A stretch of DNA of 62,848 nt, counting the filler, from Octopus bimaculoides (taxonomy: Eukaryota): NCBI RefSeq assembly GCF_001194135.2. It is 4 parts of 4 records of this genome, joined end to end, with 100 filler letters (N's around TTAATTAATTAA, not from the genome) between each part and the next. Parts side by side here need not be neighbours in the genome. Positions count along the whole stretch, not along the records: positions 1 to 22,699 come from NC_068993.1; 3 more parts are not named here. One strand, 5' to 3'. Numbering within the stretch: the first letter of the stretch is position 1; every line of letters starts with the position of its first letter. This document shows positions 11,239 to 22,270 of the stretch, in pieces. The translations under genes and the position numbers were made by a program. The notes below the pieces were generated by a model, which saw only the letters and a program-made list of their open reading frames with translations, ran no database searches and was not told where the DNA came from.

Positions 11239-11291
11239 GATTGTCAAAACAGTCTCAAGAAACGATTTTTGAAGAATATAGAAAATGCAAA

Positions 11292-11447
11292 AATAAAACA
11301 AAAAATTATGTGTATTGAGGTATAAAAAAATATTAAAAAAATAAACAATGTGAGCATGCTTGTGTATATGCTTGTATGAGTGGTGATTGTGTGTGTGTAT
11401 AGATAAATGTGTGTGTGTGTGTGTGTGTGAATGAATAAATAAATAAA
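11292..11447 (+). terminator. Cluster of candidate proximal poly(A) signals of the myotubularin gene
   Basis: AATAAA at 11292, 11340, 11434, 11438 and 11442; a distal candidate lies at 13998-14003. Usage cannot be determined from DNA. Confidence 0.35.
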
Positions 11448-11479
11448 TGTATGTATTTTTACCCAATTTTATGTGTAAA

Positions 11480-11578
11480 CATACATTGTTACATACTCAT
11501 ACATGAAGCATAAACACTCATATATGTATATGTGTATACATATGTATGTATGCATGTATATGTATATATGTATATTTG

Positions 11579-11625
<47 letters not shown>

Positions 11626-11645
11626 GTATATATAAATAAAAATGT

Positions 11646-11679
<34 letters not shown>

Positions 11680-12046
11680 ACATGTGTGTGTATATATATG
11701 TGAGTGTATATGTATGTGTGTATATATGTGTATATATATTCATGTATGTGTGTGTATATATATGTATGTGTGTGCATATGTATGTGCGTGTGTGTGTATA
11801 TATGTATGTATATATTTGTATGTATATATATATATGTATGTATATATATATGCATATATATATATATGTATGTATGTTTGCATGTATGTATGCATGTATG
11901 TCTGTATATATGTATGTATGTATATATTTGTATGTATATATATATATATATATGTGTATGTATATGCATATATATATGTATGTATGTTTGCATGTATGTA
12001 TGCATGTATGTATATATATATGTATGTATGTATATATTTATGCATA

Positions 12047-12088
<42 letters not shown>

Positions 12089-12590
12089 GTATATGTATGT
12101 ATACATTTATGTGTGTATGTATATATGTATGTATACATATATGTGTGTATGTATATATGTATGTATACATATATGTATGTACATATATATGTGTGCATGT
12201 ATATATGTGTATGTATGTATATATATATATACATATATATATATATAGTGTTTATGTATATATATATGTATATGTATGTATATATGTAGGTGATTATATG
12301 TATATGTATGTATATATATATAATATATGTATATATATTTATGTATGAACTCCACTCCTGTATGTTTGAAGATCTATTTTGTAAATATTTAAAAAAACAA
12401 AAGCCTTAACAAATAACAATGAAAAGCTGCAAAAAAAAAAAAAAATCAACATCACTTTCTTATTTGCGCTATATATATTAATCCCATACACATACGCACA
12501 TAAACATTTATAGGTCACGCATATACAGACACACACATGTAAATCTATCTGTTTGTCTGTCTGTCTGTCTGTATGTATGTATACACACAT
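11480..12590. repeat. About 1.1-kb compound (TA)n/(TG)n/(TATG)n microsatellite tract
   Basis: Direct inspection; source of the many YI/CV/HT-repeat ORFs. Confidence 0.97.
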
Positions 12591-13094
12591 ATATAATTCA
12601 CTTAATAGCTGGAAATGGCCTTTGTTATGAGATTACAAAACCATAATATGAGTCAGTATTCTTGTCTTTTATAATATAATATTTGTATTTTATTTATTCT
12701 TTTTTGTTTTCTCTAAAAAATTCCTCAATTAAGAATTCTGCCTTTTTTTTTTTTTTTTTTTACTCTGGAATACCCAGCAAGTATGTGGTTTTACCAGTAT
12801 GCATGTGGAATAAATGTCTGTTGATACTTCAAGTGCATCTTGCTTACTCTTCTCCTTCATACGCCATGGCCTGTTAAGGACTCTCTTTCTTTCTCGTAAC
12901 CCACACCAGAACACAGAGGCAAAGCGAATAAAAATTTTAAACTGCACACAACATGAAATCTTTCAAACACTGCACTGATGCACTTGGAACTCTCTGTGAG
13001 AGGTTGTGCTTGCTATGTGCCCTGACTGAGCAGGTAGAGCTAAGGTTCATCATGTAGATTATCATTATCTTAAGTTTGCCTTCATTTATTTAAG

Positions 13095-13139
<45 letters not shown>

Positions 13140-14094
13140 ATTTTTGCATGCATATGAATACATACAAAGTTGAAGACTTGGTAGTATCTTATATACACAT
13201 GTAGAAGAGATGTGTGTGTGTGTGTGTGTGTGTATTCAAGTGCAATGGATGCCATGTAGCAACTGGGATTTCACTGATGGCATTCAATTTCTTTGTAATG
13301 TACGAAATACACACACATGCATGCATACAAATATACCTTCACACATACACACACAGACATTACATGCACACGCTTGTGTTTGAAGTGTTTAGTGTGAGAT
13401 TGGTATGTACATCTATGCATCTCTGAGTATATTCACACGCATACACACATGAACATAGACATATTTTTACATATGCACACACACACACACACACACATTA
13501 CCATCAAATATACATTCACTATATGTATGTATGTGTGTGTGTGTAATGTTTGAAAGAGAGAGAGAAACTAGCTGTTTGTGTGCAAATGAATCTTATCATA
13601 TCTCTCAACTATTATTTTAATTAAAAGCAGTGGATATTTCGAATAAGAACCATGGAGATTAAATGCATTCTGGAATTCATTTCCATTTCTCATGGTTCCA
13701 CATTCAAATTCCATCCAGATGGGGTTGATAGAATAATTAACCCTAAATGCTTAATTGGAATCAATCTAATTTTAACTATTCTTTCATCCCACCAAATACT
13801 TATTGTTCAATAATTACTCTTTTAATTACCATTACAAAAAAAAAAAACCCAAAAAGCAAACAAAGACCCCAAAATTCAGTGCTTCATTTTTTTTTTTAAA
13901 TAATTTTATACAGCATTTTGTGTGCAAGCTTTTGTGTCAACAATAAATATATTTTATCTTAAATTTTACATGTTTAACCTTATTTATTGTAAACAAAAAT
14001 AAATCTATTAGAGATTTAGAAAACATGTTTTTTGAGTTGACACTGTGAACATCTTCATGCGTTTGTGTCACAAGATGAATCTAAGAGGAATAAA

Positions 14095-14520
14095 CATGAG
14101 AGATGCTTTGCCTGTGTGTGAACAGCCATGCTACATGGCAGTAAAACATGGGCTGTGACTGCTGAGGACATACTTAGGCTTGAAAGAAATGAAGCTAGTA
14201 TACTTTGCTGGATGTGCAATGTTGGTGTGCATGTATGATATAAAGTTTTAGCTCTTGAGAGAAAAGTTGGGCAAAAGAGGCATCAAATGTGGTGTGCAAG
14301 AGAGACGACTCCACTGGTACGGTCATGTGATGCATATGGACAAGGACAGCTGTGTAAAGAAGTGCTGAGCTCTAATTGTGGAGGGAACGTGTGGAAGAGA
14401 CAGACCCAGGAAGATGAGGTGGTAAAGCATGGTCTTCAAATGTTGGACCTCACAGAGGTGATAACAAATGGCTGAGACCATTGGTGATATGCTGTGCTTG
14501 AGAAGACCCAGCAAGCCAAC
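14095..14520 (+). mobile_element. RTE-clade LINE, decayed ORF C-terminus
   Basis: Reads ...TAMLHGSKTWAV...LERNEAS...QERRLHWYGHVMHMDKDSCVKKC with stops and frameshifts; same family as 30700-32005. Confidence 0.8.
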
Positions 14521-16508
14521 ACTGCTAATGTCATGTAAATGGCATCCATGAAAACATAATTATGGCCATTGGTGGTAGCATGATCGTTTGAGCATTGGGC
14601 CCCATGGAGGTGATGACAAGTGACTGAGACCTTTGGTGATGTTCTGCTGAGAAGACTTGTCAAACCAGGTGAAATTGCAGTGATAGTCATGACTGTTGCC
14701 AGTGTCACTGTAAATGGCACCCTGCTGGTGTCGTGTAAATAGCACCCGTAAAATCATAGTCATATGGCACCTGTGCTGGTGGCACGTAAAAGCACTCATT
14801 ACAGTCTTGGAGTGGTTGGCTTTAGAAAGAGGTCTGGTGCAACTCCCTGGTTTACCAGTCTCAGTCAAACCGTCCAACACACACCAGCATCCAAAGTGGG
14901 TGTTAAATGATGATTTACCTTGAGCCCCCAAGGCTTTAAGGTTGAGCTTCCATGTCTGGGATTTCCTCTCTAATTCCACTTGAGATTCAGCTACAAGAGA
15001 ACTAGATTGTCCATAACCAATCTTAACTATTCTGAGTTAGTCTGTAGAACTGAGGAAGGGGGCTGAGGACTGAGCCTTGACCATCTACCTTCTCACTGAA
15101 TTTGACACTGAAATCATTTTTTGATACTCATTGCATCTTTGTACATAGCTTTTGATATCTCCCATCTCTCACAGGCCATTTAGTCTTCATCTATGGACTG
15201 CCTTATATTTTATGTTCCTACCTCTCAGCCTCCCTGCAACCATTTCATCTCACTTTCATCTCCTATACTGAACTTTCAACTCACCTTTTCCCCTGTATTC
15301 CTCCTCGTTTTGTCCAAGGCAGCCCTATCCCCATAACCCTTATGTATCTCTTGACTTTGTCCCTGGACTGTGCATCTCTTGCATCCCACCCCCACCTCCT
15401 TAACCCACTCCTATTTCCTCCACCTTTCCCTCCGACCAATATGCACAATTGACCATATCTCCAGTGTTTCCCACTCACTGCATTCCCCTCTATCCCACCT
15501 CTCTTCATCTTCCACTCCTTTCACACTTACCTCTCTAATCCTCTCTATCACTCATATTCACTTCCCCATTAACTTCCTGATACATGTTTTCCAGCAGGGG
15601 TGACCATGTATCTTCACAGTGAGGCCCCCATTTCCCTGTATTTCTCTTACCATTTTCTAACCTCTCATCACCTGGCATAAAACCACCTCCATTAATTCTG
15701 CAGCCCTTCAGTTGTGAGTTACTGCTATTAGTGCCATGGAAAAAGCACCAAGTACACTCTGTAAAATTGTTGCCATTAGGAAGGACATCCAGTTGTAGAA
15801 ACCATGCCAAGCAAGACGTTGGAGCTTGGTGCAATCCTCTGGCTTTGCTATTTCCTCTTAAACATAAAACCCATGTCAGCATAAAAAAATGGACATTAAA
15901 TGGTGTGGTTAACAACATATATCCATCCATCCGTCCATCTTTTCTGTCCATTATTCCCGGGAGAGTTGTGGGGGTAGGGTCCTTAGGCATCTCCTCCATA
16001 GGGTCTAAGAGCTAACCATCATTAAACTTTCCAGCTGGATTTCCAAGCATGACCAGCTGAGACTATTTCCAATCATGTAGTTCTGATCTACCCCTAAATC
16101 TCCTGCTAATAGTTTCAGCTTGAATCTCTCTCCTCAGTGACATTCTACTCATGTCCGTAGCATTAGAACTGTGACCTCTCAAAGCAAAGAAGTAGCTGCT
16201 TAACCTCCAGATTAGTTATGTGCCCCCTTTGACTAATATTCCAGAGACCACATGGAAGGGCCCCATTTCAGTCAGGGTCCCATTTCAGTCATATCCATCC
16301 AGCCAACCAACCAAAATTAACATTGAAGGAAAATCGCTTTACTACCATTTCTCAAGTGAAGAGCTCGAATTCTTTTAATGCTTCTTGGAGGTAACTGGTT
16401 GCTGGGATTGTTATTCGTGTTGAAAGTTAAGTACATGACTGTTTCAGGTTTTTCATTTATCTTGAAAGCTGAGCTGTTTCATATAATTTATCCTGCATTA
16501 CTCTAGGC

Positions 16509-16650
16509 CAGCGGTTCTCAACCAGGGTCCATCTGGCCCTTGGAAGTCCATATAAAATTTTAGAATTTATTTCCAATAAATTGGCTGTACTTCAATACAC
16601 AGAACATTTTTATACAATCCCAAATAGTATTTAATTATTTAAAAAAAACT
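16509..16650 (+). mobile_element. hAT/Charlie-like terminal fragment
   Basis: CAGCGGTTCTCAACC terminus preceded by CTCTAGGC (hAT-Charlie-like target); no partner end found. Confidence 0.5.
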
Positions 16651-17168
16651 ATTTTTTTAATGTGATTTGTCACGTTGCATCTGTGTATTCTGGCAGCATC
16701 AGAACAGTCCACCATATTGGCATTTTTCTTGGTGATTCTTCATTCTTGGTTATCACTAGTGTTTCTTGATTTTTATTTCTGAAACAACTATTTTCATTTA
16801 CATTATACACCCGCTCAGGACTTCTTTTGTATCTTCTGAACATTTCTCACCATACACCGACATAGTGAGCTGCAGCTAACCCTCGCTATAAACACTAAAT
16901 TTTGTCCTTATTCTTTAACAAAATTTTTGGGCCCTTTCTTTCATTAGATCTCCAGACGGTATCACCTTCACTTTATATGCAAAAACTAAACCACTTCAGG
17001 ACATGATCAACTTATTTTTGTCATTGTTTTTGCTTCATTAAAAATACTGTAAGCAAACAATTTTTTCTATTGGAAAGTCATCATTGCTGTATGAATCCCT
17101 TTATTACAGACACACTGCTGTCAAGTTCAATTTCTACCTTTAAAAGGACAATGCCTGGTGTCTGCATT

Positions 17169-17174
17169 TTTATT
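17169..17174 (-). terminator. Candidate poly(A) signal of the His/Cys-rich gene
   Basis: First AATAAA on the minus strand, about 285 nt after the stop codon. Confidence 0.4.
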
Positions 17175-17459
17175 CTTTCACACCAAGGCTGGAACTTTAG
17201 CACATGTTTATAATAAGGAACACCACCGAAAACAAACCCAATTTGGAATGCCTTCGCTGTGTTTAGATTGATGGATTACTGATGGACAAGTTAAGAGAGG
17301 ATTATCTAGGAATTAAAAGAGAAGCAACAAAACGACCAAGAAAAAATAACAGAAAATTGGATTGTGTGTTTTTTTTTTATATCTGTATATTTGTCAATAA
17401 CGAAAAGGGAGTCGAAATTTAGACGGCTGTTCTTCACCAATTCACTGTTCATCTTTACT

Positions 17460-17615
17460 CTACGAACCTTTTTTCGTCACAGTAATAGTGGCCGCTGGGT
17501 TTGGACAATGGTGATCACAACAACCATGACAATTTGCAGCATGACAATTTGAGCAAGGATTGCAGGGGCACGAATGACATACTGGTGTCACGTGGATATG
17601 AGGTTCTGGTGGATT
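17460..17615 (-). CDS. His/Cys-rich repeat protein, terminal coding exon (51 aa + TAG)
   Basis: TACTAAT branch point (17645-17651) and a very long poly-Y tract ending ctcAG. Encodes NPPEPHIHVTPVCHSCPCNPCSNCHAANCHGCCDHHCPNPAATITVTKKGS*, the same Cys/His/Pro bias as exon 1. Confidence 0.82.
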   Translation of the reverse strand, partial: NPPEPHIHVTPVCHSCPCNPCSNCHAANCHGCCDHHCPNPAATITVTKKGS

Positions 17616-17935
17616 CTGAGAAAAAAAAAAAGAAAAAAAAAAGAATTAGTAAATGGTCTTATTAATGAATAGTTTGCGCAACAAAATTTCGTCATTAAAT
17701 AGAACTTTAAAATCAAGGGGAATAACTCTCAGGCAAGGGAGAGAACCCATAAGTATTACGTCACTAATTTTTTTTTTAAATGTGTTTTCTAAGTCGTTAA
17801 GAGCATATAAATTATACCAAAGTAATTCAGTGTCACGTTTAATGTACACTACACAGCTTCAACAGCAAATTTGTTATTCAGATGTATTTTTGATGGGGAA
17901 AAATAGAAATATATAAATTGTGAAACAATAGTTAC

Positions 17936-17973
17936 CTGAGTCACAGTAATTTTCGTTCGTTTTCTTTTTGGAG
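17936..17973 (-). CDS. His/Cys-rich repeat protein, coding exon 2 (38-nt micro-exon, (A)PKRKRTKITVTQ)
   Basis: ttattattattttgcAG acceptor and CAG|GTAACT donor. 38 nt is exactly the length class (3n+2) that joins the phase-1 donor at 20124 to the phase-0 acceptor at 17616. Confidence 0.8.
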
Positions 17974-18046
17974 CTGCAAAATAATAATAAGAATAAATAT
18001 AATACCCAGCAAAATAAGCTGGAAGTTTTCATATACTACTACTACG

Positions 18047-18079
<33 letters not shown>

Positions 18080-18081
18080 GC

Positions 18082-18104
<23 letters not shown>

Positions 18105-18112
<8 letters not shown>

Positions 18113-18545
18113 CCTTTCTACTATAGGCACAATGCCAGCAATTTCAGGGGAGGGAATAAGTCGAGATTTGGAATCAGGATGTAAATAACTGAAATAAATA
18201 CAAGACTTTTTTGATACCCTACCAATTGTGCCAATCCACAATGATAATGCTTTCTGATTAAGGCACAAGGCCAGCATTCAAATCAGCCCCAGCACCTAAC
18301 CAATACTTTTATTTACCCAACAGGGCGCAAAGCAGCCTATTCTTTTCTACTCTCGGCACAAGACTTGAAATGTTTGCGGGGTGGAGGCCAGTCAATTAGA
18401 TCGACCCCAGTACGTAACTGATACTTAATTTATTGACCCCCCCGAAAGGATGAAAGGCAAAGTCGACCTCCGCAGAATTTGAACTCAAAACGCAAAGATA
18501 AGACAAAATACCACTAAGCATTTCGCTTGCGCTCGCCACCTTTGC
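18105..18545 (-). mobile_element. Two SINE copies of the GAGTTCAAATTCCGCCGAGGTCGACTTTGCCTTTCATCC family in the 2.15-kb intron of the His/Cys gene
   Basis: Match to family copies at 37250-37510, 38110-38650, 39840-40600, 48540-49010 and 54960-55630. Confidence 0.7.
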
Positions 18546-20124
18546 AAAGCAGCTTATTGTATGCTGTTGTCCCTAGTATTTGACTGGTACTTTACTTGAT
18601 CAACCCTGGAGATATGAACGAGGCTGGTCAAATGCTGCAAGAGGTCTGCCAATGTTCTATTGCAAGAGCATCAGAACCATTAACTGTCCTGAACTGTCAA
18701 GGGGAATCACACCCCCACTAAGTATGAGAAAAGGATCCAAAACCTTACAAAAGGTTATTGAATATAGAAAATGTGTAAGGTTTAAGAATAATTATCCTTT
18801 CTAGTATCTTTAACCCTTGCGACACACAGGTGTTTTGGTATATGGATCCAAAAAGACCAAAATGTTTTCCAGTTGTGATTTAAATTGATAGGGGCATGTA
18901 GAAAACAAAGGATAAAGTGCCTAAAATTACTTCATTATAAAAACTTCTAAACAGTACAATACTTCTATCACAATAAGAAAACCTAAAACACAATATATGT
19001 AAATAAAAGTATCTTTGTGAAAAAAAAACAAAAAAACAAGCAAAATATCTACTGAGAGACGATCTCTGATTGGCTCTTACACTTCAAAACCAACCATTCA
19101 CAACATTTATTCCATCGGCCTGATCAATTGGCCCAGTTATACCAATAGCGTCTAATGGAGGGAGATGGTCTAGGAAAAGGCCAAAGTGATGGTCTAGGAA
19201 GAGGCTAAAGTGAGGGACCCTGTTATGAAAAAACAATTCAATAAATTAGCTAAAATGCAGTTTGTACATGTGCCAGGTTGGGGTACTACTCATGCTTTCC
19301 AGAATAAGCACTGTCTGGTGGTTGGAGACCTGATGCAAGGTGGCATGATGGAATTGTACTGTAGAGAACCACTAAAACGAAAGGGACAGACTTGAAAGAG
19401 AAATTCGATGTCCAATATAATTAGGAAAGTGGAAAGTCAAAAGTAAAGAGCTTTGCCAAGGTTTTCAAGCATGAGGTATCCCTGGCTGGGGAGGAGTGTA
19501 TGAAATGGAATAATAACTGTATGCTTCTCTCTTAATGATGCCAAAAATACAAATGTATGTGCTATAATGAGGATACTGATCAAGGAGAATAATGCACAGT
19601 GATGGAGGTGGTGGTGGGTCTACTCAAGACAACAAAGGTAAAGAAGGCAGCTGGACTTTCAAGAATGAGCTTTGTGTGTGTGTAAAAGCCACATGTAGTG
19701 TTGCCACATGTAGTGTTGAGGGTTATGTGCCACCAGTGGAGGTGAGAAGTCAAGCATGAGGTACCAGAAGTTAAGGTGGTGGAAGTGACAACACAGTGAT
19801 GCAGGTCTTTCAATCAGCCTCTTTCTTGGATGAGCAGTTTAATTCCTAAAATATGTTGGAACTTGTGGCCCTCTTCCATTATTTTCACCACCGAACTACA
19901 TGAGAAATTTTGTAAACAAATACAAATGAATTTAGAAGTGCAGAAAAGTAATGCATGCATACATACATACAACTGCTCACATATATCGCAAATAGAACGT
20001 ATTATATATAAATCAAACCCCCACCCCCCACCACCACCAGGTCGCAAATATCACAAGTTGAACATATATTAACATATATTAACATTTATTATATATATAT
20101 ATATATATATATATAGTGACTCAC

Positions 20125-20848
20125 CTGGCACTGTTTGAATGGCAAGTTGTGGAGCATTCGGGCAGTGGCATAGTTTCACTGTGGTTGGCTCACACTGTTC
20201 TAAATCAGATGTTGATGCGTCATTCATATCGACTGTGACATTCTCTGGGCATGGGCATGGACAAGGTCCGCAAGGCCCACAAGGTCCGCAGGGCCCACAA
20301 GGCCCGCAGGGTCCGCAGGGTCCGCAGGGTCCGCAGGGTCCGCAGGGTCCGCAAGGTCCGCAAGGCGAGCACTCCTTGGGCGCTACTTCAATTGAGTAAG
20401 TTTCACATGGTTTCGGTATCAGTTGTGATAACATGGTGGCCACCTTTGTTTGTTCCGCTGCTACCACAGCCTGTTGAGTCGCAACTACAGCCTGCTTGGC
20501 AGCTACTTTCGCTTGGTGTTTGGCTATCATAAACTTACAAGGCAGTTTGTGTATGCAGACACAATGGCTGTGACAATGACCATGACCGTGGCAGTGACCA
20601 TGACTGAGACAGTGACCATGACTCAGGCAGTGACCATGAAAATGACAGTGACCATGGCCGTGGCAGTGACCGTGTCCGTGGCAGTGACCATGTCCGTGGT
20701 GGCAATGACCATGTCCGTGGTGGCAATGACCATGTCCGTGGCAGTGACCATAACCGTGACAGTGGCCATGATGTCCATGACAGTGATGATGGCATGGCTT
20801 ATGGGTGTGCATAATAATAGAATCACATGTTACAGAATCACAACTCAT
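20125..20848 (-). CDS. His/Cys-rich repeat protein, coding exon 1 (241 codons + 1 nt)
   Basis: 724-nt open frame. In-frame TGA five codons upstream of the ATG. Upstream branch point ACTAAC (20955-20960), long poly-Y tract and CAGCAG acceptor (exon start 20915 or 20912). Donor CAG|GTGAGT at 20124, phase 1. Repeat units vary at synonymous positions. Confidence 0.85.
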
Positions 20849-21097
20849 GTTTCTGCTAGTTCATGCAAAACGTCAAAATAGATAGTAATTTTCTTCTGCA
20901 AGTTGACACAATCTGCTGGTAAAAAAAAAACAAAAACAAAAATAAAGGAAAAATGTTAGTGTACATACATTGTATACATGCATGTATATATGTATGCATG
21001 TATGCATACACACATAGGTTTATGCAAACCAATCACAAAAATAAATTTCTTTTATATACATCCAAAAAATTCCATATGTGAATGTGTGTGTCTGTGC

Positions 21098-21176
<79 letters not shown>

Positions 21177-21644
21177 TACTTTATATGTGGTTATACCTGC
21201 ACCCAAGTTGAGAAATGTATATTATGTATCCTGTTCATATTAGTTCATATCAGATTTATTATGCAATAACAAATGTTAAGATATAAAGAATGGGGAAGCT
21301 GAAAATAAAAATGCTTTCATATTCCCTTACAAAAGGGACAAAAGATATTCCCACTGCGAGTATTTGCAAGGGATTCGGTAAAAAAAAAAAAAAGCTGTTC
21401 AGGCTCAGCGTTCTCAAACGCCTCAGTGCCATAAGTTGAAAAAGAAAAAAAATGAAGTTTTATTTGTCGACAAATAAGTAATTTCTCATCTCGTTCAGTT
21501 GCAGTGGTAGTAACTCTCCATTCCCACAACTAAACCGTCGCGTCCCATACGAGGCGTCTTGTTTTCTAGTTCAAGTGTAAAGAGAATCCATCGGGTTCCT
21601 ATGTAAAAACGCCTATGTTAGCTTTCTTTCATTTATATACTCAC

Positions 21645-21995
21645 GGGAGGGAATATCGTTTAATGTTACAATGGGGTTGCGTCTCACATGGAGCTTCTGT
21701 TTTAAACCCCAAGGGCAAAGAAAAGATCCACCGGGTTTCTTTCCAATCTGCCCCGGACAAACCCTGAACGGAGCATATTACTTTGCTTAGGACACGTTTA
21801 ATAATTTGTAGCAATTCAGTAGATATAACAATCCCTAAAGACCCCTAAAATGGAAAGGCTTATCCTCTTTACTTCAGCTCCCGATGTAAAGTAATCGATG
21901 TTTGTCACTGATAGAAAAGAGACAACCAACAGTTCAGACAAATTACCCATGGCCACTCCATTCGTAGAGCTTTCCTGATTGGCACTTGTCATTAT

Positions 21996-22071
<76 letters not shown>

Positions 22072-22270
22072 ATGTGTGTGTGGTGTGCGTGTGTAGTATA
22101 TATATACAGAGCCGGTCCTAGGGTAGCTGGCGTCCCGGGTGACTGCTCAAGTTGCCGGTACCTTGAGCCGGCTGAGCCAGCCCAGTAGACACACACTCAC
22201 ACACGTACGTACGTAGTACATACGTGTGTATGTATGTATGTATGTATGTATATGGGGCGGAGGTAAAGAA
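21645..22270 (-). promoter_or_regulatory. Candidate promoter and non-coding 5' exon(s) of the His/Cys-rich gene
   Basis: CpG-rich stretch with GGGGCGGAG (about 22254), TATATATATA (22097-22106) and candidate minus-strand donors GTAATT (21946) and GTGAGTAT (21644). TA runs are common in this genome, so the TATA evidence is weak. Confidence 0.4.

Noticed and set aside
11469-12590. Long YI/CV/HT-repeat ORFs (also 23.7-24.4, 53.6-54.1 and 56.4-56.7 kb)
   Set aside because: Translations of TA/TG/CA microsatellites.
19814-19895. Alternative terminal exons for the His/Cys gene (GIKLLIQERG* or VRW*)
   Set aside because: Weaker acceptors and no compositional match; the 17973-17936 plus 17615-17460 model fits better. 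Minor isoforms are not excluded.
20069-20124. ORF-track C-terminus [17 protein letters not shown] of the His/Cys ORF
   Set aside because: Read-through past a GTGAGT donor into an intronic TA repeat.
20139-20399. Plus-strand collagen-like (GPQ)11 ORF
   Set aside because: It is the antisense shadow of (CGP)11. Third positions coincide in the two frames, so synonymous variation cannot decide the strand. However, this frame closes at 20399 and is full of TGA stops across the His region, and all splice signals are on the minus strand.
20450-20881. Plus-strand (MTVAVT)n and (RSLP/WSLP)n ORFs, and the alternative-frame MATVTV ORF
   Set aside because: Alternative-frame readings of the CHGHGH repeat with no supporting splice structure.
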